From: an uncultured virus (IMG/VR IMGVR_UViG_3300029998_000015)
Taxonomy: Duplodnaviria > Heunggongvirae > Uroviricota > Caudoviricetes
Strand: one strand, 5' to 3'
IMG/VR virus record: IMGVR_UViG_3300029998_000015
DNA length: 64,000 bases
In this document: positions 1-10,228 of the stretch, piece after piece
How positions within the stretch are numbered: position 1 is the stretch's first letter
Layout: each line of letters begins with the position of its first letter
The notes under the pieces: generated by a model
Seen by the model: only the letters and a program-made list of their open reading frames with translations
What the model was told of the DNA's origin: nothing
Databases searched by the model: none
Position numbers and translations under genes: made by a program

Positions 1-1
1 T

Positions 2-2659
2 CCAGGGTTATGGATTGAAAATTGTTCAGGAATGATAGATGGGGGTAATATTTTAACGTATCCAGATACTAATTTATCTGGAACTTTTAAAGATATAAAT
101 TTAGTTAATGGTAATGGATTTGGTTATATACAAGAAGCATCTGGATATTTTGAAAATATATATCATAAAGGTGGAAATTTATTTTATGATACTAAAATTA
201 TATCTGGTATATTCAAAAATTGTAATGCTGCAAACGGATTTGGTGTAGGAGGAGCTGTCATATCATCTGGTGCGACATTTGAAAATTGTACATGTGATGA
301 TGCTGGATTTGGAGGAGGAGGAGGTTGTATTATATCATCTGGAACTACTTTTATTAATTGCAATTCTGGTGATAATTCATTTGGTAATAGTGGAATAGAA
401 GTGTCTGGTACATTTATTAATTGTAATGCTGGAAATTCTTCATTTGGTGCTCATTGTATGACATCTGGAACATTTGTGAATTGTACAGCAAAAGGTAATA
501 CTGGATCTTTTGGTGATTCTAAACAAGGTGGAACATTAACAGGTAGTTTATATAATTGTAGATTGACTACGCCAGGTACATTTGGACTTCCTTCAAGTGG
601 AGGTACTATTCTGTTATGTATTGACGGTTATGGAGCAGTAATAGGAGCAGGAGATTTTGCTCCATCAGATGGAAATCAATATTTAACAGTTAAAGGAATC
701 AGTAGTGATCCTGGAACAAATGGAGCTGAGTTACAGAATGTTTATAATATAGCTAAGGCTTTAAATCCAACAATAATTAGTCCAATTAATATAATTATTT
801 ATCCTGGTTATTATGGAATGACATCATTAATTAGTTTAGATACTCCTTATATAAATTTAATTTCTTCAACAGGGGAATTAGATATTGAAATTGGTTATAG
901 TGGTATATTAATTATCACAGATAATATTAAATTAATTGGTATAAATTTTACAGGTATGGGATTAGAAATAAGAGGAAATTTTCCTGGATTAAGGATTGAA
1001 AATTGTTCAGGACAAATTAAAGGTAGCACAATTGATAATAGTACTATTTTATCTGGAACATTTAAAAATTTAAAATTAACAAATAACACATTTGGATCAG
1101 GTGTTTCTGACTTTCCTGGTCATTTTGAAAATATAACATCAGACGGTGCGTTGTTTAATGGAGAGAATGGAGATTTATCTGGAAGATTTATAAATTGTAC
1201 TGCTGAAACTGGATTTTCTTCAACATCTTTATCTGGTACATTTATTAATTGTAATTCTGGAGATTTCTCATTTGGAACAAATGAAGTTGGAGCAAATGTA
1301 TCTGGAACATTTATAAATTGTACTGCTGGAAATACTTCATTTGGAATTGATGGTATTGCATCTGGAACATTTATAAATTGTACAGCAAAAAGTAAATCTT
1401 TTGGTGACTCTACACGAGGTGGAGCATTAACAGGAAGTTTATATAATTGTAGATTGACTACTCCAGGTACATTTGAAATACCTTCAAGTGGAGGTACAAT
1501 TATATTATGTATTGACGGTTATGGAAAAATAATTGGGGGAGGTGATTTTGCTCCAACAATAGGAACTCAATTTTTAACAGTAAAAGGTGGAAATAGTAAT
1601 CCTGGAATAAATGGAAATGAATTGCAAAATGTGTATAATATAGCGAAAGCTATAGTACCAGCACCAGATAGTCCAGTTAATATTATTATATATCCTGGAT
1701 ATTATAGTTTTCTAACTGATAGTCTTAATTTAGATACTCAAAATATAAATTTAGTTTCATCTACTGGAAATATCGATGTAAATATTGGTGGTTCTGGTGT
1801 TATAATTACTAATAATAAAATAAAAATAAATGGTATTAACTTTATTGACGGTGGCTTAAAACTAACAGGAAATTTTCCAGAATTATATATTGAAAATTGC
1901 TCTGGACAAATTCAAGCTGATACTACTAATGGTGATGTTACTGCATCTGGAACATTTAAGAATATAAATATTACAATGGGATCTGGGTTTTCAGGTATTT
2001 TTAATTGCTCAGGTATTTTCAAAAACATATTCAGTTCTAATAATTTGCCATTATTTTCAAGTTCAATTGATACATTATCTGGAACATTTACAGATGTAAA
2101 TTCTGTATTAATTTTTCAAGTAAATAATTTAACTGGTACATTTTTAAATTGTAAAGGGAATAACGGTAGTTTTAATGGAATTTGCTCTGGTACTTTTACT
2201 AATTGTGAAGGATTATCTTCTTCATTTACTACGATAAATGGAGGTACTTATAATAATTGTGTAGGACAGTTTGTTGAAATATCAGGAGGAAAATTATATT
2301 ATTGTAAGAAAAATGATGGTTCTTACCCTACTCCTATTAATGGTGGTGAAATTCATCTTTGTATTGACGGAAATGGAATTACTGTTGATTCATCAATTAT
2401 ACCTCAAAGTTTATCTTTAAGTAAAATTGGAGCAAATAGCACACCAAGTCCTCAAAGATTTCAATGGATAACAGATAAAACAATATCAAGAGTATTATTA
2501 ACAACTAACTGTTCAGGAGTAACTGTTTCAATTAGTGATATTACTTACGATGAAATAACATTAGTTGGAGTAACTTTACCTGCTTTAACTGACTTAGTTA
2601 TTTTAGATATTGCAATACAAACTGGATATGACAATGCTAATGCGATTATAATTTTCTAA
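2..2659 (+). CDS. Repetitive beta-helix tail/virion protein (5'-truncated by window edge)
   Basis: Frame is open from position 2 (PGLWIENCSG, matching later FPGLRIENCSG repeats); many SGTFxNC repeats; ~300-aa module repeated about 3 times. Confidence 0.6.
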   Translation, partial: PGLWIENCSGMIDGGNILTYPDTNLSGTFKDINLVNGNGFGYIQEASGYFENIYHKGGNLFYDTKIISGIFKNCNAANGFGVGGAVISSGATFENCTCDDAGFGGGGGCIISSGTTFINCNSGDNSFGNSGIEVSGTFINCNAGNSSFGAHCMTSGTFVNCTAKGNTGSFGDSKQGGTLTGSLYNCRLTTPGTFGLPSSGGTILLCIDGYGAVIGAGDFAPSDGNQYLTVKGISSDPGTNGAELQNVYNIAKALNPTIISPINIIIYPGYYGMTSLISLDTPYINLISSTGELDIEIGYSGILIITDNIKLIGINFTGMGLEIRGNFPGLRIENCSGQIKGSTIDNSTILSGTFKNLKLTNNTFGSGVSDFPGHFENITSDGALFNGENGDLSGRFINCTAETGFSSTSLSGTFINCNSGDFSFGTNEVGANVSGTFINCTAGNTSFGIDGIASGTFINCTAKSKSFGDSTRGGALTGSLYNCRLTTPGTFEIPSSGGTIILCIDGYGKIIGGGDFAPTIGTQFLTVKGGNSNPGINGNELQNVYNIAKAIVPAPDSPVNIIIYPGYYSFLTDSLNLDTQNINLVSSTGNIDVNIGGSGVIITNNKIKINGINFIDGGLKLTGNFPELYIENCSGQIQADTTNGDVTASGTFKNINITMGSGFSGIFNCSGIFKNIFSSNNLPLFSSSIDTLSGTFTDVNSVLIFQVNNLTGTFLNCKGNNGSFNGICSGTFTNCEGLSSSFTTINGGTYNNCVGQFVEISGGKLYYCKKNDGSYPTPINGGEIHLCIDGNGITVDSSIIPQSLSLSKIGANSTPSPQRFQWITDKTISRVLLTTNCSGVTVSISDITYDEITLVGVTLPALTDLVILDIAIQTGYDNANAIIIF
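463..1660 (+). repeat. Diverged direct repeat within the beta-helix gene (~463-760 vs ~1361-1660)
   Basis: Shared DNA e.g. agtttatataattgtagattgactac(g/t)ccaggtacattt and ttatgtattgacggttatgga. Confidence 0.85.
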
Positions 2660-2673
2660 AAAACAAATAAAAT

Positions 2674-2940
2674 ATGATACAAATAACAGACACAATAGAG
2701 TTTGATGAATCTAAAGATTTAGAATTTCAATCATCTGGATTTACGATATGGTTTCAAACTGAATGCTTAAGTAAAATAAATTTTAAGAATGATGAATCAA
2801 AAACTTGTTCAACATTTGATAAATTTGGAAGACCATCGACTTGGATATTTGGTAATATAACAGTAGAGGCTGAATATTATCCAATTGTTGGAAATCAAGA
2901 TTTTAATTTTAAAAAATATCTAGTTTATGGGAATATTTAA
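2674..2940 (+). CDS. Small tail-cassette protein A (paralog of 6450..6716)
   Basis: MIQITxTxEFDExKxLxxQSSxFxxW shared with 6450 ORF. Confidence 0.65.
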   Translation: MIQITDTIEFDESKDLEFQSSGFTIWFQTECLSKINFKNDESKTCSTFDKFGRPSTWIFGNITVEAEYYPIVGNQDFNFKKYLVYGNI

Positions 2941-4504
2941 AAGATACTATAATCCAGTTACAAATACTGTTCTCACTGATGCAAACACCACATTTGTATG
3001 TTCAATAACTGGCAACAACAATAATCCAGGAACAAGAGAATTTCCAATTGCGACATTGACAAAATTTACATCATTATATGATGATAATGCTCGTAATATA
3101 TTATATAGAGGAGAAACTATTGAAAATCCAGCATCATTTTTTCATGGATATTTAATAGGAGATGGAGAAGATGCATATTTAAATGGTAGTTGGACATGTA
3201 ATTATTATGGATCAAGCATTTTTTATGGTATAAAAATATTACAATTCACTGGACTTGGAGGTATAATAAATTCAAGTATAAACACAATGTTAATGAGTTC
3301 ATCAATAGTTGAGAGTAACTTTATTAACAATTACAATAGCTTAGTAGAAGGAGGTTCAAATAATGGAATAAGTAATGGATTGAATATTAAAAATAATACA
3401 GTATTAAATTTTAAAAATTATTGTAAAATATCAGGTGTCAATTTATTAAATTTCATATTTGTTATTGAAGTAGATTTATATAATTATACATCAGTATCAA
3501 ATATATCAAATTTTCAAATTTTCAAATATTGTTTATTTAGAAAAACAATAATTTGGAAATGGAAAGGTATTATAGTTCCTATTAACTATGGTACTTATGG
3601 TAATATATTGAATGATTATATGACAGATGTAATTTCAGCATGGTATATTTTTTCTAATACCATTGTAGATGCAACGGAAAAAGCATACTGTCAGACTATG
3701 TTTCCAAATGAAATTACGTCTCCTTTATTTTACATAGATATTAATGGACAAACATGTAAGGTAGTTGAGGATAGACCATCTATTGAAGGAAGCAAAAAAA
3801 TATTTAATAGATACACAAATGACAATCCTATTGATTATTCTTTGTTTTTGAATTCTGAAAACATTGCTTTAACTATGAGCGATCAAAAAAACTATGTTGG
3901 ATGTTACAAAGCAAATGCTGATGTGATAACATTTAACAATGTATTAAATGTGAATTCTGATGGTTCTGACGACTTAGTTACAATTCCTGATATGCTAGTT
4001 TTTAATGGCAATAGTAATTTTACTGTTAGTTCCGCTGATTCAGTTCAGATAAGAAATAGAATTCGTTCTAATGTATTTACTTTTAAACGTGGTTTTTCTT
4101 TAGCTGGAATGCAAGGACAAGTTAAATCTGGATTAGAAAGTAGATTCTCTTTTGGTAAATTTCAAGCATATAATGTGACAGATTCTCCATCTTTACCTCA
4201 AGAATCATTAGAGATTATTCCATATGACAGTATGACAGAACCTTCATCATTTCCGAGATTTTCAGTTATGTTTAATGGTGTGTGTCAAATGTGGTATAAC
4301 TCAACAACAAATTTACCTATTTTATTTAATGATCTTTTATCATTTGGAATAGTGACTGATAAAAATTTAACTGAGTACGGAAATTGGGCTGTTACAAATG
4401 CTGATTATGAAAGTTTTTTATTAAGCTCATTACCTGGTATAAAACTAAATAACATAAAAATCTATTATGCTAAAGTAGAAATAAATCTTAATTATTATTT
4501 ATAA
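2927..4504 (+). CDS. Putative tail/receptor-binding protein B1
   Basis: N-terminal GxxxxPGTRExP beta-helix-type start; NVNSDGSDD, EIIPYD, TNAD motifs shared with B2/B3. Confidence 0.55.
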   Translation: MGIFKRYYNPVTNTVLTDANTTFVCSITGNNNNPGTREFPIATLTKFTSLYDDNARNILYRGETIENPASFFHGYLIGDGEDAYLNGSWTCNYYGSSIFYGIKILQFTGLGGIINSSINTMLMSSSIVESNFINNYNSLVEGGSNNGISNGLNIKNNTVLNFKNYCKISGVNLLNFIFVIEVDLYNYTSVSNISNFQIFKYCLFRKTIIWKWKGIIVPINYGTYGNILNDYMTDVISAWYIFSNTIVDATEKAYCQTMFPNEITSPLFYIDINGQTCKVVEDRPSIEGSKKIFNRYTNDNPIDYSLFLNSENIALTMSDQKNYVGCYKANADVITFNNVLNVNSDGSDDLVTIPDMLVFNGNSNFTVSSADSVQIRNRIRSNVFTFKRGFSLAGMQGQVKSGLESRFSFGKFQAYNVTDSPSLPQESLEIIPYDSMTEPSSFPRFSVMFNGVCQMWYNSTTNLPILFNDLLSFGIVTDKNLTEYGNWAVTNADYESFLLSSLPGIKLNNIKIYYAKVEINLNYYL

Positions 4505-4686
4505 TGGAACGTATTAATAACATATCAATAGATTTTATTTCTTGCACTCAATTTGTTAGCGGTATGCCTGCAGAAATATCACTTATCAACATAACAGTTG
4601 AAACATTAGTACCAGGTGATATAACATTTTTTGGTATAAGTACAGATCCTGCATTACCAAGTATAATAGAATATCAATTTAATTAA
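4504..4686 (+). CDS. Small cassette protein C1 (ends SIIEYQFN)
   Basis: TAATG-coupled to B1; C-terminus shared with 6211 and 8455 ORFs. Confidence 0.65.
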   Translation: MERINNISIDFISCTQFVSGMPAEISLINITVETLVPGDITFFGISTDPALPSIIEYQFN

Positions 4687-4709
4687 AAATAATAAAAAAT
4701 ATATAATTT

Positions 4710-6221
4710 ATGGGAATATTTAGAATATACTATCATCCAAAAAGTAACATTGTACTAACAAATACAAACACTAAATTTGTTAGTACAATAGTTGGATTAA
4801 ACACTAATCCAGGAACAAGAGAGTTGCCATATGCCACTTTAACCAAGGCTATATCCGCTATGGGTACAGCATCATCAATTGTTTTAAGCGGTCCTACAAT
4901 AGAAAATATATCATCATATGTTGATATAATAGGTGATAATGTATCTGCTGATATTAATGGAATATGTAATGGAAGTTATACCGCAAATTTATATAATCTT
5001 AGAGTATTAGAAGTTACAGGCAATTATGGAGAAGTAAAAAATTGTTTCGTTACTAGAAAAGGATTAGGTTCATATGGACAAAATAGTTTTAATTTTGTAG
5101 AATCATCATCACGAGCTGCATCTTATTCTAATGGTGATTCTAATACAACATTTTTAAATTTTGATAATTGGACAGATTCAACTGGTATGATACAGGATTC
5201 TAATATATATGTATCAATGATTGATTTATTTCCAAGAGTAGCATTAAGTTGTTATCCAATATTCAAATATTGTTTATTTAGAAAAACAACTGTTTGGAAA
5301 TGGAATGGAGAAATAATTCCAGATACTGATAATATAAATTCAATACCTGAGTTGTTATCATCATTAACTAATTATGCTACTAATACATTATCTGGCACAT
5401 CTCAAACTTATATGAGGTTATTAATAGACACATCATTTTATTCAGATATATCTATAGGACAAACTAATAAGATTGTAGATGATTCTATATATCCAATATT
5501 TAATAGGTATAATGTTGATGGATCTATATCTGATTATACTCTTAATGTTAATGGAAATAATATTGCTCTTTATATGGCTAATCCTACATTACTTGATCAT
5601 CAGTATGTTGGTTGTTACAAACCTAATATATCTGGTGAGTTTAGTAGTAATCCATTAGTGTTTGGTGATATAAACAATGTTAATTCAGATGGTAGTGACG
5701 ATTTAGTAACAACACCAGATTTATTGATTAGCAACGGAAAAGTTGGATTCTACGCTTCACAAGATTCTATTCAAACTAGAAATAGAACAAGAAGTAACGT
5801 ATTATCATATGCAAGAGGTATGAAACCTGGAGGTGGTCAAGCTCAACTAAAAAGTGGGTTAATAGATAGATTTTATTTTGGAAAGAATAGAACATTTACA
5901 ACATCATCAGTTCCTTGTGAAAGTGTTGAAATTATACCTTATGATTCTTTAACACAAATTAGTTCTTATCCAAGATATTCAACACCATTTAATGATATCT
6001 GTCAAATTTGGTATCACATAGATGCGAATGTTCCTGTTCTATTTAATGAATTGTCTGAATTAGGTGTAATTTCAGATATAAATTTAACTGAATATGGAAA
6101 TTGGGCAGTAACAAATGCTGATAATGAATCATTTGATTTAAATTTTATAACAGGAGTTACATTAAGACCCCAAGTTATAGTTTATATTAAAATAGAATTA
6201 AATTTAAATTATGCGGAATAA
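4710..6221 (+). CDS. Putative tail/receptor-binding protein B2
   Basis: Paralog of B1 (IFKYCLFRKTxxWKW, NLTEYGNWAVTNAD). Confidence 0.55.
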   Translation: MGIFRIYYHPKSNIVLTNTNTKFVSTIVGLNTNPGTRELPYATLTKAISAMGTASSIVLSGPTIENISSYVDIIGDNVSADINGICNGSYTANLYNLRVLEVTGNYGEVKNCFVTRKGLGSYGQNSFNFVESSSRAASYSNGDSNTTFLNFDNWTDSTGMIQDSNIYVSMIDLFPRVALSCYPIFKYCLFRKTTVWKWNGEIIPDTDNINSIPELLSSLTNYATNTLSGTSQTYMRLLIDTSFYSDISIGQTNKIVDDSIYPIFNRYNVDGSISDYTLNVNGNNIALYMANPTLLDHQYVGCYKPNISGEFSSNPLVFGDINNVNSDGSDDLVTTPDLLISNGKVGFYASQDSIQTRNRTRSNVLSYARGMKPGGGQAQLKSGLIDRFYFGKNRTFTTSSVPCESVEIIPYDSLTQISSYPRYSTPFNDICQIWYHIDANVPVLFNELSELGVISDINLTEYGNWAVTNADNESFDLNFITGVTLRPQVIVYIKIELNLNYAE

Positions 6222-6432
6222 TAACCTTTCATTGAATTTTTTAGGATTATCAACTAATGCTGCACATGATCATGAATTGGGTTTTTTAGGATTATCAACT
6301 AGTATTATACATAAACCTGAAATGATGTTTTTAGGTATAAGTGTAGATAAACCTATTATTTGTACTCTTAGTACATTTGGACCTAGTTGTGATGTGGCTC
6401 CACCAAGTATAATAGAATATCAATTTAATTAA
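6211..6432 (+). CDS. Small cassette protein C2 (ends SIIEYQFN)
   Basis: Overlaps B2 stop; internal FLGLST repeats. Confidence 0.65.
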   Translation: MRNNNLSLNFLGLSTNAAHDHELGFLGLSTSIIHKPEMMFLGISVDKPIICTLSTFGPSCDVAPPSIIEYQFN

Positions 6433-6449
6433 AAAAAATATAAAAAAAA

Positions 6450-6716
6450 ATGATACAAATAACAGGCACAACAGAGTTTGATGAAACCAAACTACTATCT
6501 ATGCAAAGTTCAGAATTTAAAGAATGGTATAATAAGAATGTTAATATTTTAATTAATGATAAACTAATTCCAGATTCTTTAGATATATTTAATAGACCAA
6601 TTTCTTATACCGTTATATTTGATAAATTTACAATAACAATTTATCCTCAATATATTTATAGTGATCAAAGTAGTTGGGCTTGCTCAGATTTACAAATAAA
6701 AATAAAAATTAATTAA
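6450..6716 (+). CDS. Small tail-cassette protein A (paralog of 2674..2940)
   Basis: Shared N-terminus MIQITGTTEFDE. Confidence 0.65.
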   Translation: MIQITGTTEFDETKLLSMQSSEFKEWYNKNVNILINDKLIPDSLDIFNRPISYTVIFDKFTITIYPQYIYSDQSSWACSDLQIKIKIN

Positions 6717-6718
6717 TT

Positions 6719-8431
6719 ATGACAAATTTATTTAAAACACGTTTCGTTCCAAATGATGATGGTACAGATTCAGTCACACAAATAACTAATATAAATACTG
6801 TATTTGTACATACTTATATTGGAGATGATTTTTCAGGAGATGGTACTCGTGAATATCCATATAAATCTATATTTAAGGCTAATCAAAAAATTGGAGTAAC
6901 ATATATAATTTTTAGAGGTGTAATAAATGAATATTTTCAATTAAATAATAAAAATTTAATTGGAGATGATATTAATCAACAATTATTATTCTTAAATTAT
7001 AATCCAGTTATATATGAAGGACCATTTTGCAATAATATGACAGTAGATTCCGTGAGTGGATCAGTTAATAGTAGAGCTTGGTCTCATTCAATAATAAAAT
7101 CATATAATGTTTCATCATTAAATAATTTTAGTTATTTATTAGTTGAGAATATCGCTCGTGGTTCTTCTAATGATGGTAGAAGAGACAGGAATATATTACA
7201 ATCTACTTTTTTAGGAAACGAAATAGGTAGTTGTACAATAAAAAATTGTATTCAAGTATCTGAATATAATTGGATTAATACAAGTAATGGAACAAATAAA
7301 TATGTTGTATTCCCATCAACTTGTATATTTAAATATAATAATATTCCATTAATACAGCCTGAATGGACTAATGATTCAAAAACAAATATACAGATAATTA
7401 GAAATCTATATTTAGAATCTGGAATGAGCCAGCAAAACTTAGATTCTCTTTTTATGATAGATTCTTTTGGAAATGAAACTTGTAGAATTATAAAAGAATC
7501 AAGAAATGGCGGAACATCAGGCAACATTTTCAATATGTATAATACTGATGGTAGTATATTAGATTATTCTTTAAATCCGCAGTCGAATAATGAAGCGTTA
7601 TATGCATCTGACTTAGGTGGATATGTAGGATGTTTTGGTCCTGCTAATCCTATATTACCTACAGATTTAGATGTTCAAATTAATGTTAATTCTGATGGTT
7701 CTGATGATGTAGTTAATGCAGCTACTTTACTCAGAGGTAATGTTGATAATACTTTTGATTTTAATACAGCATCTGATCAAATATGGAATAGAATGAGAAG
7801 TCATACCACAATATCTATACCTAACGGTGTTAAATTTAAAGGTAGTCAATCAATGGAAGATGATGGTAGTGCATTTGGTTATTACTTCGGTAAAAAACAA
7901 AATCTATTGGATATTACTATATTAACAACTGGAAGTACTTTAGAAGCCGATACATTATACAAAGTGTGTAATACAATTAAGGACGTATTTTCAGCAGTAT
8001 TATATAATGGTACTCAATATTTACCAGATTATTTTTTCAAAACAGGAACTGATGTTCTAAACTATTCATTGTTAAATGAAGGATCTGGTACAATAGTACG
8101 TAAAGTGTTGAGCATTCCATTTGAATCAGAAGAAATTATACCTTATGACGACATTAATACTCCTTCTGTTAGCTTTCCTAAATTTAGCTGTCCTTTTTTC
8201 GGAATTGTGTTAATGTTATTTCATAAAATAGGAGATAGAATAGATTTACCTGTGTTATTTAGTGAAATAACAAGTGATAAAATATCGTATTATAGTGATT
8301 ATGCAATTACAACTGCAGACAATGAATTTGTTATTTTATCTGCTGATTCTGTTAATTATTATTATAAAATTCCAGCTATTAAATTTTTTAGAATTGAACT
8401 AAATGCTCATTTTGATGAAGATTACGCTTAA
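6719..8431 (+). CDS. Putative tail/receptor-binding protein B3
   Basis: GDDFSGDGTREYPYKSIFKA start; NVNSDGSDD, EIIPYD, TADNE motifs. Confidence 0.55.
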   Translation: MTNLFKTRFVPNDDGTDSVTQITNINTVFVHTYIGDDFSGDGTREYPYKSIFKANQKIGVTYIIFRGVINEYFQLNNKNLIGDDINQQLLFLNYNPVIYEGPFCNNMTVDSVSGSVNSRAWSHSIIKSYNVSSLNNFSYLLVENIARGSSNDGRRDRNILQSTFLGNEIGSCTIKNCIQVSEYNWINTSNGTNKYVVFPSTCIFKYNNIPLIQPEWTNDSKTNIQIIRNLYLESGMSQQNLDSLFMIDSFGNETCRIIKESRNGGTSGNIFNMYNTDGSILDYSLNPQSNNEALYASDLGGYVGCFGPANPILPTDLDVQINVNSDGSDDVVNAATLLRGNVDNTFDFNTASDQIWNRMRSHTTISIPNGVKFKGSQSMEDDGSAFGYYFGKKQNLLDITILTTGSTLEADTLYKVCNTIKDVFSAVLYNGTQYLPDYFFKTGTDVLNYSLLNEGSGTIVRKVLSIPFESEEIIPYDDINTPSVSFPKFSCPFFGIVLMLFHKIGDRIDLPVLFSEITSDKISYYSDYAITTADNEFVILSADSVNYYYKIPAIKFFRIELNAHFDEDYA

Positions 8432-8454
8432 TAAAAATAAAATAAAATAAAATA

Positions 8455-8661
8455 ATGACTAAAATAAACAATTTGAATATATCGTTAGACATGGGTGTTA
8501 TTCAACCATTAAATAAAGTAGTTGGTAAATTACATACGATGAGTATTAAGTTAGATTATGGTGTTATACCACCTAAGAATTTTTATAGAGGAAGAATTAA
8601 TATATTAGGAATTGGATTAACTAATGCAGAACAGAGTGTAATAGAATATCAATTCAATTAA
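8455..8661 (+). CDS. Small cassette protein C3 (ends SVIEYQFN)
   Basis: Conserved C-terminus; LDxGVI repeat. Confidence 0.65.
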   Translation: MTKINNLNISLDMGVIQPLNKVVGKLHTMSIKLDYGVIPPKNFYRGRINILGIGLTNAEQSVIEYQFN

Positions 8662-8664
8662 CAT

Positions 8665-8696
8665 AAAAAGAGTAGATTTAAAATCTACTCTTTTTT
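8665..8696 (+). terminator. Intrinsic terminator
   Basis: aaaaagagtagatt-taa-aatctactcttttt hairpin directly after 8661 stop. Confidence 0.85.
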
Positions 8697-8729
8697 ATTT
8701 TTAATATAAAAAATTAATATATATAATAT

Positions 8730-9017
8730 ATGATTACAAAATTTAAAATATATGAATCAATAAATGAAGGAGAGCCAGAGAAAGGTGACTTTGTAATTGT
8801 TGATATCGAAGATGATACATATTATCAAAAAGGAACAATTGACTTAGTGAATAATGGTATTCATAGATTAATTGATATACTATATGAAGCTAACTCTACT
8901 TCATATGTTATTGATTTTTCAGGTACTTGGTTCGTAAATAGAAAAAATATAATATATTGGGCAAAAAATTCAAAAGAATTAGAACCTTTACTACAATCAA
9001 ACAAATTTAATATATGA
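8730..9017 (+). CDS. SH3/KOW-like small protein with N-leader and NKFNI C-tag
   Basis: MITKFKIYESINE...KGDFVIV...QSNKFNI. Confidence 0.7.
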   Translation: MITKFKIYESINEGEPEKGDFVIVDIEDDTYYQKGTIDLVNNGIHRLIDILYEANSTSYVIDFSGTWFVNRKNIIYWAKNSKELEPLLQSNKFNI

Positions 9018-9340
9018 AATACATAAAACAATTTGAAAGGTTATCTAAATATAAAGTTGGAGATTATATAGTAATTGAATATAATTGGAATAGTGGAAAT
9101 GATATACTATATAATTTGAAAGGATTTATTGATAGCACAATAGGAGTTTTATATGGTGAAGAATACGATAAAAAAAACTTAGTTATAAGATATGATAATG
9201 TACCAGAAGAATTAGTTCAGTTTTTCACAAAGATTGATAGTGGATATATAAAACCATTTTATCATTCTCAAATGGTTGGTTATTCTGAAAAAAAAGAAGA
9301 TTTAGAATATTTAATAAATGCAAATAAATTTAATATATGA
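9014..9340 (+). CDS. SH3/KOW-like small protein with N-leader and NKFNI C-tag
   Basis: MKYIKQFE...KVGDYIVI...NANKFNI. Confidence 0.7.
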   Translation: MKYIKQFERLSKYKVGDYIVIEYNWNSGNDILYNLKGFIDSTIGVLYGEEYDKKNLVIRYDNVPEELVQFFTKIDSGYIKPFYHSQMVGYSEKKEDLEYLINANKFNI

Positions 9341-9669
9341 TAACAGGATTTAAACTATACGAATCTTTTAATGAAGGAGAACCAGAAGTTGGTGATTATG
9401 TAATTTGTAATACCAAATATAGTCCTGATTTGAATTTATATCTTAGTAATCAAATAGGAAAAATAATAGGAATTGATAATGAAGATAATAGAGTAGAACC
9501 TTATCAAGTACATTTCATTAACGTTCCAGATTCTTTAAGAAAATATAAAAATGTTAGAGATTATAAATATTCAAATACAATACCATTTTCAAGATTTGAA
9601 ATAATCAATTGGTCCAAGAACAAAGAAGAATTAAAGAATATATTTGATACTAACAAATTCAACATTTAA
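9337..9669 (+). CDS. SH3/KOW-like small protein with N-leader and NKFNI C-tag
   Basis: MITGFKLYESFNE...EVGDYVIC...DTNKFNI. Confidence 0.7.
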   Translation: MITGFKLYESFNEGEPEVGDYVICNTKYSPDLNLYLSNQIGKIIGIDNEDNRVEPYQVHFINVPDSLRKYKNVRDYKYSNTIPFSRFEIINWSKNKEELKNIFDTNKFNI

Positions 9670-9700
9670 TTAAACTTTTAAATAAAATAGAGATATAAAT

Positions 9701-9786
9701 TAATGTAGTTAATTTGTGATGATATAAAACATCACGAACTTTGACAAAGCCAAGAAAGCATAGTTGTTCATAAGAAACAACAAATT
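9701..9786 (+). ncRNA. Candidate small structured RNA or 3' UTR element
   Basis: Hairpins 9713-9738 (tttgtgatg/catcacgaa) and 9763-9781 (gttgtt/aacaac) in an intergenic gap before a terminator. Confidence 0.3.
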
Positions 9787-9818
9787 AAAGAGAGATAATA
9801 ATTTATCTCTCTTTTTTT
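9787..9818 (+). terminator. Intrinsic terminator
   Basis: aaagagagataa/ttatctctcttt stem plus U-tract. Confidence 0.85.
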
Positions 9819-9851
9819 ATAAATATGTTTTCATATTTGAAATTTAATTAG

Positions 9852-9859
9852 TATATTTG
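9852..9859 (+). promoter_or_regulatory. Bacteroidota sigma-A -7 element (TATATTTG)
   Basis: Matches TAnnTTTG ~15 nt before ATG at 9875. Confidence 0.6.
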
Positions 9860-9874
9860 CACAAAATATATATT

Positions 9875-10228
9875 ATGAAGAATTTTTTATTAGTTATGAA
9901 GAAAATTTTAGTATTTGTTAAGAAGCAACCAGTTTATGTTTTAATGACTTGGGTTTGTTGTTTAATATCAATTATATTAAATATAATTGCAACATTCACA
10001 AATAATAATACAATAAGATTAATTGCATGGCTATTTATCATTATTCAGTTTTCTTTTATATTGATTCAGTTGAAAGTTTATAAATTTGACAGGGACATAA
10101 TGAGTGAAGAAAACACTCTTAATATATATAATATTGGAGATATGAATAAATATAAATCAGAATATAATAATAAGTTAAATTTACTTCAGAGAATAAAAGT
10201 TAAGTTTTCTAATAAAAAAATTAAATGA
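9875..10228 (+). CDS. Membrane protein, 2 predicted TM helices
   Basis: Two hydrophobic stretches; start moved from TTG 9857 (overlaps promoter) to ATG 9875. Confidence 0.6.
   Translation: MKNFLLVMKKILVFVKKQPVYVLMTWVCCLISIILNIIATFTNNNTIRLIAWLFIIIQFSFILIQLKVYKFDRDIMSEENTLNIYNIGDMNKYKSEYNNKLNLLQRIKVKFSNKKIK

Noticed and set aside
2927..8431. Diversity-generating retroelement acting on tail cassettes
   Set aside because: No reverse transcriptase in the window and no repeat pair differing only at adenines that I could find
9701..9775. Twister or hammerhead ribozyme
   Set aside because: Conserved GA before the pseudoknot strand, P4 closing pair and P1 are missing; no CUGANGA/GAAA core
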